Assembly: GCA_965644265.1 (NCBI GenBank)
Contig: OZ286462.1
Coordinates: 93,682,001-93,746,000, forward strand
Source: Glycera tridactyla
Taxonomy: Eukaryota
Length of the DNA: 64,000 nucleotides
Direction of reading: 5' to 3'
In this document: piece by piece, positions 27,901 to 43,500 of the stretch
How positions within the stretch are numbered: position 1 is the first letter of the stretch
Layout: each line of letters starts with the position of its first letter
The notes under the pieces: generated by a model
What the model saw: the letters and a program-made list of their open reading frames with translations, nothing else
Database searches by the model: none
What the model was told of the DNA's origin: nothing
Position numbers and translations under genes: made by a program

Positions 27901-30900
27901 ATCCACAGGAGCAATGCCATTTATTTTGACATTGGGATAAATGGGGTAAAAGCCCGGTTAACCTATACATTGCTTCCTGCTGTTCTTGATAATGGTAATT
28001 TAATCAGATATAAACTTCTTGCCAAGGTTGCATCTTAAGGAAGAGGAGGGAATACTCCTACAAGCCTGTCGGATGACTGGTTCAATTCCATTGTCAATTT
28101 GGAAGGATTACAGACGGATCAGGACATCGTGGCGTTATCCTGAAACACGAGATTAATTTACATGGCCTCCACCACCGCGTACCCATCATCCATAGGGCAT
28201 TCCATCAAAACATGATGATCCGGATCGTCATCTTATTATCCAATGTCTTCCCGCCCGCCTTTAATTCAAGAGCGTAATGCATGTGGCCATTACGCCTACT
28301 TGATCAGTGACGTCGGTCACGTGATGTTCGCTCGCCATCGCTGATTCATCGGAAAACAATCAAAGTCAAGGGTCAACTGGCAGTGCCGCGCTTTCGATTG
28401 TTGCCTCACGGCAATAAACAAGCCCTACCTCGCGCTGTCGGAACCTGCTAACTCATGCAATTTCACTCACTGATCCTGGTAAACTGCAGAGTAGATGGAT
28501 ATATTGGATGATAAATTCAGAATGTCCCTCTGCCGGGTACGTTGAGACCGCACACGCCTTGTAGTGTTCTGCGGCCACTCGTGCGTTCACCGAGGAACGC
28601 TACTGGGCGTGTACGCTCTCCACGTACCCGGCACTCGGGGCATTCTTTATAGATATAATTGTACCATATCAGGTTTTTCAGGCAAGCAGAATATCCGAAA
28701 AGTGTTGTATAGCGACTTCAAAATGTGGACCCAAGATTCACTGAAAAAACGTATAGGTGGTTCTCTATGCGCTGGTCTGTATAGCAACTGAAAGCACCGA
28801 TTGTAGTTTGAGTGCCCCAACACAAAAATGGAAGGGGCAGACGAGGGCTACGATATTCTGGGAGCTGACCATATACATGAGTTACTCATCATTCACTGAA
28901 CGCGATATCATAGTCAGCATCATACACCGACTATCTTTACAAAGGGAGCGACAGGGAAATAATGGATCTATGGAAAATCTACGGTTGCACGCATTTCGTT
29001 TGGACAAAGAGACTAGTGGTGAAACAATACTAGCCTATATTGGGCGGACCCCAGCCTAGGAATCATTTATACCATGGCAATCGAAGTTATGTACTCGAGT
29101 TGCGTTTGAACTGTGTGTTTGAGCTGTCAGCTTCTCCCGCTTGACATCCTTCCTGTTTCAACATCATTTTGCCTTCAGAGTTTTGGGGAATGATGCCTGC
29201 AGGGGGGGGGGGGGGGCAGAGCATCTATTAGTAGCTTCCATAGTCCAGGAACACGGGCATACATAACTCTCTGGATTGATACATGCCGTTAAGCCCCGAA
29301 CAAAAAAACAAACATACAAACAGGCACCTATCAATAATGGTTTTGAAACGAAGTTGAATTGACTTTAATGTCGAAATGCGCATCCTTTGTTTAGTGTTCA
29401 CCAGCATGTGGAAATTTGTATAAGACAGTAGATGCATGTATCATCAAGGATAAACAATCTGGAATATCGATATAGCACACTGACGATAGGTCTCTGGTAT
29501 CTTGAACTTCTTTCATAGTAATCGGACATCTCAATATAGCCAGTGAGGTAGCACAGTCACAGCTTGGTGGAAGATAATGGCAACATCGTGCAGTTTGGGG
29601 ATCCTGAAGATCCAGTCGAAAAAAAAAACTCATCAAAGGGCTCAATCTAATCCCACCATCCTCCATTTTCACAAGACCGGGCTCAAAAAGAGTATTCAAT
29701 ATTCTCATTGCAAGAGCACTGAACCATGGCGCCCATTGGTTTATGCAGCCAGGTGTTCCCACTGCCGGAAACGGATGCTTTTGCGACAGAACGCAGCGTA
29801 CCATTTCTGTCGATGACACTGAATATATGTTCTGTTGTTGTTCCACGTGTTTCAGCAAGTCAGGAGAAGCTTCTGTCCAGAGTTAGAGATCCACCCACCT
29901 GCTGTACAGATCTGTTTCCGGGCGGTTTCACCTTCCATTTGAAAGCACTCTTCGTCATCGGATGGCCCATCGTGAGTAAAACATCTCGGCTCAATAAGGG
30001 ATTATAAAACACCTCATGTAAGCATTTGTTCAAATATAACAGGAGGAAGCTGCGTTGTGTAGTGGTAGCGTCTTCAACACTTGACCCAAATGTAAAACAG
30101 CTAGGGTTACAGCTAGTCATGGGATGGATGACCATGGCTGGGGTGTGAGGATGCATACAAGTATGGTTGGGCCATACACTACAACAATAGTCGCAGACTA
30201 CACAAGTGGTCTGCCCCCCTCTCCCCCCCCCCCATCCCAGTGTTGAGCTCTAAACATTGAAACCGACACGAACTACACACCACCAGGGCTGGGTGATGGT
30301 GGGAGCACATTATCTAGGATCAGAAAACAATGGTCCTAGGTTAGAAGTGGCGCTATAATAAGTGACTACAAAAACCAGCTACACTGATACCCTCCTCAGC
30401 ATACACACATATGCAAGCACAAGCGAGGAGCTTCAAAATTCAATCACAGGCAGAGTGTTGTGCCTTGCCAAGATTAGACCTGTCACCCATGAATAGCCAA
30501 CAGCAGGCCCTGATAGTGGTATTGGACTGAGATCAGTCAAAACAGACACAAGTGGTCTGCCCCCCCCCCCCTTCCCAGTGTTAAGCTCTAAACATTGAAA
30601 CAGACACAAGCTACACACCACCAGGGTTGGATGATGGTGGGAGCACCTATCTAGGATCAGAAAACAATGGTTCTAGGTTAGAAGTGGCGCTATAATAAGT
30701 GACTACAAAACCAATTACACTGATACCCCTCCTCAGCATACACACACATGCCAGCACAAGCAAGGAGGTTCGAAATTCAGAAGGCAGAGGGTTGCACCTC
30801 GCCAAGATTAGACCTGTCACCCATGAATAGCCAACAGCAGGCCCTGATAGTGGTATTGGACTGAGATCAGTCAAAACAGTCGAACAAACAAACGAACAAC

Positions 30901-31115
30901 AAAGAATCCATGATGGCTTCATGAAAATTTATCGAAGGAATGTATATTCAATACATCCCCCTTCCACGACTTACAGAATGATACCTTGGCCTGAATCACA
31001 AAATGCTGAGTGAAAGGGACTATTTCAAACATAAGCTATACCCTTAGCAAAGATTATGAATGCAGCAAGTCAATAAATGAGATCGATTTCAATTCCAATC
31101 CATAGTCACGTTAGA

Positions 31116-31184
<69 letters not shown>

Positions 31185-31524
31185 TTGTTGATCATCATTA
31201 CTATCGTCTTCGTCGTTGTCTTCGTCGCCGTCGGGACATGATCACCGTGTTTCTGGAGTAATGATGTGCGAATATAAATAAATATTTTCAGACGATCATC
31301 CAGATAACGGAATATTTGTTCGCTGGAGTTGCTCTCATTTTCACTGGACAAATTGGGACACTGGAGCTGGACGCCGTGGCTCTGGCTAACTCCGTATGTA
31401 TACCACCCCTTGACTGAGACCGTAGCAGTCCTGGTCATATAAATTGATTTCCGGTGCATGAAATATAGAAAATAGAAGATGCTTGTTCCAATTACATTTG
31501 TTGTTGAACAAAGCAAACAGCGAG

Positions 31525-31613
<89 letters not shown>

Positions 31614-33125
31614 GTTGTGTAGAAGTGCATGTGTGTGCCAAAATGGTGATGGTGGCAGAGAGAACTACTATCACCGCCGCCACCGCCACCGCCGTCACCA
31701 ACACTGCTGCGACCACCACCTATGCTGCCGCCGATTCTTCCGCTTCCATTCCCACCAGAACAACTGCCTCTGTTGCCGTCACCGACACCACCACTGCAGC
31801 AAGCACCACTGCTACCACCGTCACCACCTCCACTACCAACACCGCCACCACTACCCCCTGTGATTGGTGAGGCCCTGCAACTGCCTGTGATGTCTGGAGA
31901 GTCTGGAAGAGTATTAAAACATGGGGGAATGCTGGACGAAAAGTGGAGTCATTCACTCAGAATCTATTTGACTGACATGGCATTCTGTCCCCAGGTGATG
32001 AACGTTACGGGTATATCCGTGGCGCTGGGCTTGTCCTCCGCGTGTGATACTCTATTCTCACAGGTTGGTCACAGTTACATGATACAAGACAAGTGGGGTG
32101 AGCCAGAGCATGCACTCATACATTTTCTGTCCACTGAGCATGCACTTTATGCTTATACAACTGTCTGCTGTATATATGTATATACTGAGTATGTACCTTA
32201 TACTAGTACCCTCGAAAGGAATGACTGCATCCTTCGTGATGACCTTGTACGTTATATGCGTTTTGTTGAATTTATTGCATCATTATATCTTATCTGTTTT
32301 CATTACCTCGTGTAAATGTACTATTTCGAGGTGAACTAGACGACTATCTATCAATCTAATACATATTTCTGCAAAAGATCACTGAGTGTGGACATTGTAC
32401 TAATATTTTATGATACTGAGTATATGCCTAATACTGAGACATTTTTCTGCAAAAGATTACCGAGTATGGACCTCACACAAATACATTTACCCGCTAAAAT
32501 TACTGAGTATGTACCTTAGACTGATATATTTCCCTGCAATATGATCAGTTAGCATGTGCCTCATGCTGACGCATTTTCCCTCAAACCCATACTCTCCACT
32601 TCATAATCTGGAGTGTTTATCCTCCATGCGAAATCAGAGAGACGCCTTCACTCTCCGGGAATTCCCAATATGGCTGCCTGAAAATATGTTGGGAATCACT
32701 CAGAACACAAATTTCGACGCCCGGTTTGTTTGTTTGTTTGTTTGGTGTGATTGGGGTTTGAAAAAGTTGTTTGTAGGGAATGACAACTTTTGGTTTTTCT
32801 TTATATTATATCAGACAGTCAAAGTCTATGGTACCTCACTGGGTTAAAAAAAAAGAATAGGGACTGTGAATGGTGAGTGAAACTGGATTGGCAGTTCTGG
32901 CATAGGGGTGAAGAGGTTTTCTACAGGCCTGCGGTTGAGGGTGACATTTCCTACATATCACTTCCCCTATGACCTTAATTTGGTTTCTTATATTTGCAGT
33001 TTTTCGGGAGTGATAACAAGAAGCTGACTGGCACTGTATTACAAAAAAGTAAGTCCACTGTCTCTGGTCAAACACGCACGTGTGCAAAACACACACGCAA
33101 TCACATACACACACGTACGTACGCA

Positions 33126-33204
<79 letters not shown>

Positions 33205-36200
33205 ACACACTGGGATATGGCGCTCATAACGAACGAGGAAGATTATTACCACTGCCTGATATGCAGCAATGTGGGGAAACCAACACTATTATTCCCAACA
33301 AATATTCCCGTCAAACTCAATTACATCAAGTAGTCAAATTTGACTTCCGACCACATGTAGGCAGCCATCTCCATCTGGAAACTTCCTGAATAGTGATACT
33401 GTCTTCTTTCACCTCCAGCTCGAAATACTTCAATGGCTTCATGACTTCTACCTTTTGGTTTTCATCTGTCTTCCCCTAGGTTTATTGATCATGTTCCTCG
33501 CGTGTTTGCCATGTTTGGCCATTCAACTCAATACTGAATCTCTGCTGGTGCTGGTTCGCCAGGACAAGGACGTCGCCAAGTAGGTTCATTATATCGTCAG
33601 TTGGTCCGTTTCTTGGTTCAGGTCTGAGAAGTGATATGTACAGTCGAACCTGCTCTAAAGACCACCTCTCTATAAAGACCACCTCCCTATAAAGACCACC
33701 CTGAGCTGCGACCGTGGTAGTATTTTCAACAGTAAATGACCTCTCTATAAAGACCACCTCCCTTTAAAGACCACTTTTTGGTGCGACCGAAGGTGGTCTT
33801 TATAGAGAGCTTCGACTGTATTTGACGAGAAGGAAATTGAATACTGCCGGGTAGATTTGAGTACTCCGCCCCTACTCCAGATTTCAAGCCCACCACTGTG
33901 GCCGATATAATTGCTAGAATTCCACCTTGAGTGCCCACACATCACTCGTGAGCTCTCTGCTCACCTGGACATCTCCATCACTCGGCCTTGGCGGACCGCT
34001 GCCTTGCAGATCTTCACTCCATACTGTTGACTCTGCTCGGTGCACATCCAGTACGGGGTTGCTTGGGAATAGCAATCTCCAGGTTCAATCCCCGTCTGCA
34101 TTGAGTACCTTGCAGTCCCTGAATAGGAATCACCGGCGACCAGCCAGGAGTGGAGATTTAGGGCAGCTGTTTGCCAGGAAAAGTGACAGAGGGACTTGCC
34201 ATTTAGACTAGCCACCAGATTGCATCCGATTGAACTGAGACTCACAGACATACATTGTTGAGATCTCTGACAACTAGAAATATGGTCATGGCGAAGTCCT
34301 CTTGTATATTTCACTGTGGAGCGCCAATAATGTCAATTTAACGCTGGGTTCACAGCGAGTGGGGCATCCGCATTTCCACTGTTTCACATACAAATATTCG
34401 CTGATAATGCTGGCAGAGTGGCCAAAAAATTCAGTGAAAGGATGGCACAATGCTCTCGAAAATCATGCAGACAATCAAAACTCAGTTCAGACAAAAAATG
34501 GCGAGATTATCGTGTGAAACGTACCTTCCACATTTGGATTTGATAGAGTTTAGCTTGACCACCGTAGTTTTCACCAATCTGACATGACTCTTTTGGGATA
34601 TACCATGCACTAAAGACTTTTGCCAGACCGCCAAGCTGCACCCACATAGGTCCCACCTGCAGTGGATACTCATGTACCCTGTTCGCAGGGGACACCCACG
34701 TGTACCATTTGCAAGTGAAACTCACGTGTCCTGTTTGTAGGCCCAATATCATGAGGATGAGTGCGTGTCCTGATTGCAGTGGATACTCACATGTCCTGTT
34801 TGCAGGGGATACTCCAATATCCTGTTTGCAGGGGATACTCACATGACCTGTTTGCAGTGGATACTCACATGTCCTGTTTGCAGGGGATACTCACATGTCC
34901 TGTTTGCAATGGATACTCACATGTACTGTTTGCAGGGGATACTCCAATATCCTGTTTGCAGGGGAAACTCACATGTCCTGTTTGCAGTGGATACTCACAT
35001 GTCCTGTTTGCAGGGGATACTCACATATCCTGTTTGCAGGGGATACTCACATGTCCTGTTTGCAGTAGATACTCACATATCCTGTTTGCAGGGGAAACTC
35101 ACATGTCCTGTTTGCAGAGGATACTCATATATCCTGTTTGCAGTGGATACTCACATGTACTGTTTGCAGGGGATACTCCAATATCCTGTTTGCAGGGGAT
35201 ACTAACATGTCCTGATTGCAGTGGATACTCACATATCCTGTTTGCAGGGGATACTGACATATCCTGTTTGCAGGGGATACTCACATGTCCTGTTTGCAGT
35301 AGATACTCACATATCCTGTTTGCAGGGGATACTCACATGTCCTGTTTGCAGAGGATACTCATATATACTGTTTGCAGTGGATACTCACGTCTTGTTTGCA
35401 CGGGATACTAACATATCCTGTTTGCAGGGGATACTAACATGTCCTGATTGCAGGGGATACTCACATGTCCTGATTGCAGGGGATACTGACATATCCTGTT
35501 TGCAGGGGATACTCACATGTCCTGATTGCAGTGGATACTCACATGTCCTGTTTGCAGGGGATACTCACATATCTTGTTTGCAGTGGATACTCATGTGTCC
35601 TTATTGCACAGGATACCCACCTGCCCTGTTTGCAAGGGACACCCGCATGTTCTGTTTGCGGAGAACACCCACATATCCTGTTTGCATGGAATACCCACCT
35701 GTCCTGTTTGCAGGGAACACCCACGTGTCCTGTTTGCATGGAACACCCATGTGTCCTGTTTGCAGGGAACACCCATGTATCCTGTTTGCAGGGAACATCC
35801 ACGTGTCCTGTTTGCGGGGAACACCCACGTGTCCTGTTTGCAGGGAAGATCCACATGTCCTGTTTGCAGGGAACACCCACGTGTCCTGTTTGCAGGGAAG
35901 ATCCACGTGTCCTGTTTGCAGGGAAGATCCATGTGTCCTGTTCGCAGGGAACATCCACGTGTCCTGTTTGCAGGGAACATCCACGTGTCCTGTTTGCATG
36001 GAACACCCACATGTACTGTTTGTAGGGAACACCCACGTGTCCTGTTTACAGGGAACACCCACGTATCCTGTTTGTAGGGAACATCCACGTATCCTGTTTG
36101 CAGGGAACACCCACGTGTCCTCCTGTTTGCAGAGAAAATTCATGTCCTGTTTGCAGGGGACTCTCATATGTCCTGTTAGCAAACGACACCCATATGTCCA

Positions 36201-37542
36201 GTTCGCAGGCAACATATATTTGTCCTGATTGCAGGGAACACTCATGTATCCCGTTTGCAGGCATACTCAGGTCAGACCTAATTCTAGATAAATCTGATTT
36301 CAGGATGGCGGGACATTACATGCTGATATGTATGCCAGGAGTTATGGTACGTTACATACCTTTTCCAGTCGTCATGTTTTCGTAGATTCTTGGTCATATT
36401 CTCTATGGTCTGTTTAAATACCAGAAGTTTGACTCGCTTGAGCTCCAATATTTTCTATGATTGTCTAGTACAGTCAAACCTGCTCGACCGACCATCATCA
36501 TATGAAGTCCATCTTGTTACAACGGCAAAGTTTTTCTATAGTATACAACCTCTCTACAAAGACCAACTTTATGATGATCGTTGCAGAGAGGTTCGAGTGC
36601 AATTTTAGTGATTATTCAAATCTAGCCAAAGAGAACCAAGGTTTGACATGGATCCTTCGACTCCAATGATCGCCAGTTCTACATAGACTTTACGAGCGTA
36701 GAGTGAGTGGACCTTCTCCAGATGGCGTTGGGACGGTTACCGATTTGCTAGTTCTATCAGTAGAGAGGGCTTGGGTCAGAATGCTCCTACAGGCAACAAT
36801 TTATCTCAGTGAGAGGTGAAAGAGAGTGTAAGACATGTCCCTATAAGACTGAATAAAGTATATTTTTTCCTCATTTCATATCTTTATTGCATAAATGAAT
36901 AAAATGTACAAGTGTGCCCGTCGTCGTTCCTCCAATCTTAATATTCTGTTTTTCTTCACATGCAGTTTTTCTTCATCTACTGTCCGATAGTCAAATTTTT
37001 ACAAAGTCAGGTAAGATTTTATTTTATCCTTTCTTGAAGTAGAAAACACTCAATTGCCAATTCTACTAGTACAGTCCACCCTTATAACCGCGGGCTCAAA
37101 ATGTGTCTCTGGTTGAATTTCTCCATAAAGATCTGAAGGTATGCACCCAAGCTCATCGGTACAGTAGCACATGCACCGAGCGTAAGTCACAGCACGGAGT
37201 TACTATTTACCTGTGCAAATGATCGTTGACTATTGCAAAGTGACATAACCATAACAAGACAGAGATTGTGTGATTAACGGATGATTAACGTGTAAGTGTA
37301 TGAGTGTATGACTGACTGACATGTGGCTCCGAGAAATTAGACAAACGTAATGGGCTATATTGAGTATATGCCGAGACTTGTCACTACTGCAAACGTGCTC
37401 CTGTATATATGTTGCTTCTTATTATGATGTTAATCCCTCCGGTCTGTGTCTTGGGATAACTAAACATTGTTGTGATTATGACGTCCGTATCAGCTTCTTC
37501 CTCAAAGCTTCTGGACACATCGATTGATTGATTGACTGGTGA

Positions 37543-37580
<38 letters not shown>

Positions 37581-40500
37581 GGAGCACGGGGCATATATCA
37601 CTCCAAGGAAGTAAGCGTGCCATATGTTCCCGACAAATGATGGCAGCCTTCTTTCTGAACTAGCAGACATTCAATGTCTCGTGTCTCACTTGAGTATTCT
37701 TGGCAGTACACACATGCGGGGTAATGATAACGTTTTATTACACTTGTAGAATATCGTCTATCCCAGCATGATATTTGGCCTGGTTTCTATTGCAATAAAC
37801 ATATTGCTTCACTATATCTTCCTCTGGATTCTTCATATGGGTATACAGTGAGTATTCGGGTAATTATGCCTACACCCCTTCAAGATGTCCTGTAGTATAC
37901 ACGACTTTGAATGTAGTGGTTTATAATCTACTCTCCTCATCGAGTCGACCGGGTTTTACAATTCTTNNNNNNNNNNNNNNNNNNNNNNNNNNNNNNNNNN
38001 NNNNNNNNNNNNNNNNNNNNNNNNNNNNNNNNNNNNNNNNNNNNNNNNNNNNNNNNNNNNNNNNNNNNNNNNNNNNNNNNNNNNNNNNNNNNNNNNNNNN
38101 NNNNNNNNNNNNNNNNNNNNNNAATCTTCTGGGATGATACATGCTATTAAACATCAACCAAACAAGTCTACCTAAATAACAAATAACAAACTAACTAATC
38201 AACTATCCCTCTATCCATCCATCCATCAATGCATTCATCCACCTATCCATCTCGATTTATCTGTCTATCTGTCTGCCTCACATCTGATCTAAGTATTCCG
38301 TTATTCAACCAATATTATTCGATCGCCGTTTGCTTTGTAGTGGCTCTGCCCTGGCCCAGACTATATCATATACAGTCATGTGTCTTCTGAACGTCGCTTA
38401 TATCCTCATAACAGGTGTACACAAACCCGTCTGGACAGGTAGGTCGAGCCAAGCCAAACCTTTGCGATAGCAGTCACAGACATACCATGAGGCCGCTTCA
38501 CTATTCCATTCAGCAATCATGACAAACGCGGGATGTATCGTATATTGAGAAGATACTGGTAGATGAGGGGGATGTACTTGCAGCAGGTCATCACCTCTCG
38601 TGTTCAGGAATGAAACATTGAATGTCTCACGGTGATTCAGGGCTCTATGTTAACTTTTCTCATCAGCTGTCCTTTGGGCATGTGAAGTAGAATAATTTTT
38701 ACCTGCCCTCCCTATCATTTCCACCTGCCCTCCTGCATATAATCATAGCCCAAGTAAGAGGGGGGTAGCTGCCCATCGGCCAGGCAGATTGATAAAATCA
38801 CCTGCCCTAACAGCAAATCTGCCTGCCTGTGCCAGTAGGGCAACCATTAGTGTAGAGCCCTGTGGTTTTTACGGTGGCGTGTGTCATTGGAGGTCGGATG
38901 GTCAGCTTTTAAGCCTTCATAAGATTTCATACGAGTTTCATAAATTTTATTGGTGTAGATGATATAGATACTCCATTTCCATCGAATCCGACACCATGAA
39001 CATAATCACAATACAAATATACAAAAGCCATTACAATGAAGTAATCACATATACAAATCCACTTAGCCATGAGAATACACCACATGGTATGAACAATTAG
39101 GTAAAAATGAATGCAGACATGTCCCTACCGATAAATATATGTATACATATATTGGGGATTACAATGAAGTAATCACATATACAAATCCACTTAGCCATAA
39201 GAATAAACCACATGGTATGAACAGTTAGGTAAAAATGAATGCAGACATGTCCCTACCGATAAATATATGTATACATATATTGGGGATTTGGCCCATCGTC
39301 AGTTCAAAAAGGAGCCAAAGATAACAAATGCGTGTCAACTGGCCCTCCCCGCCCCCTGGATGCAAACCACCCACCATACCCATATATGTGTTGCAACGAG
39401 GACGTTGGCATTGTATCAGTGGTGGCATTCAAATACATTAGCACTGAAGTTCGTTGGGAGATGCCTACCGTCAGGCTACATGCCTTGGCTTGGAAATGCT
39501 CATTCTCCATATTCAGAAAAGAATCACTCCGTGCTACCATATCTTCCAATAACTTTTAGCCCAAGGTTTCACTTAAGACTAAGCATGATTATATAGCTGA
39601 TGCTGACATTTCCATTGATCAATACTTGACTTTCTGAATGCTGTGATTGGCAGGTTGGAGTACTGCCATCTTCTACGACTGGGGCCCCTTTATGATGGCG
39701 GTACCTAGCATGTTGATGATCTGTATCGAATGGTGGGCCTTCGAGGTCGGTGTTCTTCTTGCCGGTACGTTCGGTCTTGCTCGGTTAAATTCGACTATGA
39801 TTCCTATTAGATATGTTATATGTCAGGGACAAGAATAAAGCCACAAACACACTTATTTTGCCGCCAGAATTCGGATAGCCCTTCGAATCCTGATGAGAGT
39901 GAAGACAATTTGTCAGCTTTCAAACAGTTTCTCCCTATTGAAATCTGCATCCGGCAACTTCGTCTGTAGTATGGTTCCCGGACCAACCGCTAGATGTCGA
40001 GATAGCCGCCACACTCCCCCACCTAGCGGTCGGGTCAGGGAACCAGACTTCCTCGTCTGAATCAGAATCAGTCGTGTCTGCTTATGCAACCAAATGACTC
40101 AATGGCGATTCATATCCTTCGAACCTACTGGGGTCACATCAGACTGAAAACCTGAAAATGCTGATGAAAAAAGGCACTGCTGCCGGGCAATCCGTTGCAA
40201 AAGACAGCAGTGGTTCTTATAAGTGCATACTGGAATAGATTTCCATACACACTACCGGCCTTTGAAATCCCAGTCGCATTCACTGGGTCCGAACTTTGTA
40301 GACACGATTGAATGTATTCCCCCCCCCCCCCCCCCCCCCCCCCTGTACACACCCAAAGCTGTATATGAGATAATATCCAGCGTTTTGAAATATTTGGGTA
40401 ATAAACACGGTACCCATCTTGGTAGGAGCCATTCCAATCAATGCGTAACATCAGAATACGATGAAGAAATAGAATGACTGTATATAACTTGCTCTTGGTG

Positions 40501-43500
40501 GCTTCTTTGGCAGGTGCTCTTGGTACGACCAGCTTGGCAGCGCAGTCAATCATCCTCCAGTTTGACAACATCTGGTATTCAGTAAGTTTCAACCACCATA
40601 TTCGATTCTTTACCACAGATTGGTGTGTAGGAAGAGAAGGTAGCCTAGGTTCTCTATAGATGACAGCCACCAATGGACATGGGACCCGTGTTACCATCAT
40701 GGATTGTGTGGTAGGGCTTTTTTGTTGAGTCAAAGAAGACATATCTTCAAAATTATTTATCATCTGTCATTGGGAATTTCCTAGGGGTATCACACTACAA
40801 TCAGGTTTCCCTTTTCACATCAATTCGATTCCTCTAAGGTCTTCCTCGACCCCCCACCCCCTTGTGAATTGCATAGGGTTCGCCCGTAGCAATTGCGTCG
40901 CTATACACAATGCGGGTACCAGACGCATGAGCTCTGAGTCTTTAGAGCATCGACTAGGTTCACTGGGGTTAGGCAGATCATCAGTGAAGTGCCAGGTCAG
41001 GGTTTCAGCACTTCAAACGCCAAGCCCCTGAGAATGGGAGACCTATCAGCCCTGCCAGGATTCAAGAAATATTGACGCTTGTCCAACCCCTCCAAGGCTT
41101 CACTAAGATAAGTTGTTGATGGGTCATTCCATGGTATTCGGGACATGCACTTTCATTTTTTAAACTCAGTAATCAGCTGAAAGTTTTATTCCAAATCATT
41201 GTCAACAAGTTCAAGTGTCTGGGAACAACTTCTTTTTGAATAGAATTCTGAGAGTTTGTTAGATACATGTATAGTGGTTTGGGGGTGAAAAGTCACCTTT
41301 TTAAGCGTTGCTGACGGACAAATTTCATATTGCCATAAATTTGATTTGCAAAAATATAGGAGTTTCAAATTTGATAACAAATATCTCTCACCTATGTCAT
41401 TCATGAAAACTATAGTTTTGGTTCATTTTTTTCGAAATATTTTTAAAAAATTCAATTTTTGAAAAAAAATGTCCGTCCACAATACTCAACCTTCAAAAGT
41501 TGATTTTTTTTCAAAGAAATTTCGAATTGTTTTTCTCAAGACTTCAGTTCCTCTTAAAAAATGCAGAAAGGATGACAGGTGGCAAGTTATGAATGAATAT
41601 CTCTGCAACTTATTTTTTTATTAAGACTTCAAAAAGTGTCTGTCTGCAACGCTCAAAAAGTGTCTATCCGCAACGCCCTAAAAGCATCCATCAGCAACAC
41701 TCAGTGTCTGGTGAAAAAAAAACTACCAATAAAACTGTAGCTCATTTTGGATATCACTTGAAATACTTACATTATGATGGTCATTGATTATTCCATCCCT
41801 TGACCCTTTTATGCTCAGATAATTTCCCAAATTTCATCGAAAAATGTGTCTTTCGATCATAACTTGCGACCTTGGATCTGATCATATGGTCTGACTTATA
41901 TGCCGAGCAAATTTGGCATGGAGAATAACACACTTAACTCATTTATTGAAAACAATATGAATACTGTTGCAAAGATGGAAAAGTCGAGCGCACCCAAATG
42001 TGATTTACCACCTCACACCTCCCCTCTCCCCTCACTCCTCCATCACACCAGAGGCTGAGGTCATCTGCACTGAGCAGTGTAACCAAGTTCACCCCATCCA
42101 ACTACCTTAGTTGCTCACCAAGTTGTGAGCTTGTTAGCAGGTCTGGCCTAGTTGCAAGCAGTGAGCAGAACTATGGTCCATAGGTAGATAGAGGTACCCG
42201 TCCCCCACTGCCAGTTAGAAGGGTGGGCGAGCAAGTGAGGAGGGGATGCATCAGGTACACTTAGACCGGCAGATCATCAGTAACAAAGAGTCACCTGAAC
42301 CATACAATTGCTCTGTTGAAGAGCTTTTGGAGAACAACTAGAAATTGGATATTTTCATGATTTTGAGATAAATTTGTGAAAAAGGTAAAATTGGATAAAA
42401 ACAGGAGAAAAAAGGCCAAAATAATTTCCCACAATACTACTATGCTTCACATCTGTAATCTAAATACTTTAAATAGAAAGATATAGAAATGTTTTTCCAT
42501 GGTGTGGTAAACTGTTTTGGTACACCTAACATAACAAGAACAAATGTGTCTATCCACAACAGCCAAGCGTCCGTCTACAATACACCATTTTTCCATGTTT
42601 TTTCCCTGATTTGTAAGGGCTCCTGTGAAAATCTCTATTCATATGTTTCAGACATGGACTGAAGATGCTTATAACGCCAAGTTACTGAATAATTGTCCAC
42701 ACCCAGGGCAAAAAATGTCTGACTTAGTGAAAATTGATATTTTCATGATTTGGGAGAGGAAGACGTCTAAAATTAATCGAAAAGGGTGGGAAATGTCCGA
42801 ATATTCACCCACAAATACATAGAAACTCCTTATCTTTGATCAAAATATCACAGGAAGATATTTGAATGTTTCTCCCAGATGTTGGAAACTATTTCCGTAC
42901 ACCTCATATTACATCCACAGAATTGTCCTTCTGCAACAAGTCAAAAGTGTCCATCCGCAACGCAACATTTTTTCAGATTTCTGTTTTTAGTAAAAATCTC
43001 TATATGTTTCAGTCATGGATTGAAGATGCTCATTATACCAAATTACTGAATTATTGTCCGTAAACAAGCAAAATATGTCTGATTTCGTAACTGGAAATTG
43101 ACATTTTCATGACTTGGGAGAGACAAATCGTAAAAGGGCTAAAATTTAGTGAAAATAGGTGGAAAATTACCAAAAAATTACCCACAAATATTCAAATACT
43201 CCTTATCTATAATTGAAATAGTGCAGGAAAATATTTGAATGTTTTCCAGGATGTGGGAAATCACTTTGGAACACCTCGTCCGCAACACAACATTTTTTCA
43301 GATTTTTCTGAATTTTCAGGAGCTATTGTAAAAATCACTTTTCATATGTTTTAGGCATATACTCGAGATATTTATCAACCCCAGTTACTAAAAATTTGTC
43401 TGTAAACAGAGCAGAATTTTTTGACTTTGTGACTGTACCTTAAAACCCTTGTCTCAAAAGTATCCGTCCGCAACGGTAAGAAAAATGACTTCACCACCAA

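Noticed and set aside
28564-28680. VFCGH peptide resembling the second MATE1 exon
   Set aside because: The true homologous exon is 31292-31393; the surrounding residues here do not match.
29391-30156. Two minus-strand ORFs (155 and 98 aa) that look protein-like
   Set aside because: They are antisense to the real MATE exon 29856-29971 and show no recognisable domain.
34507-36264. Many long Cys/His-rich ORFs (up to 335 aa) on both strands
   Set aside because: They are read-throughs of the 26-bp minisatellite, open in several frames at once, and lie in a MATE intron.
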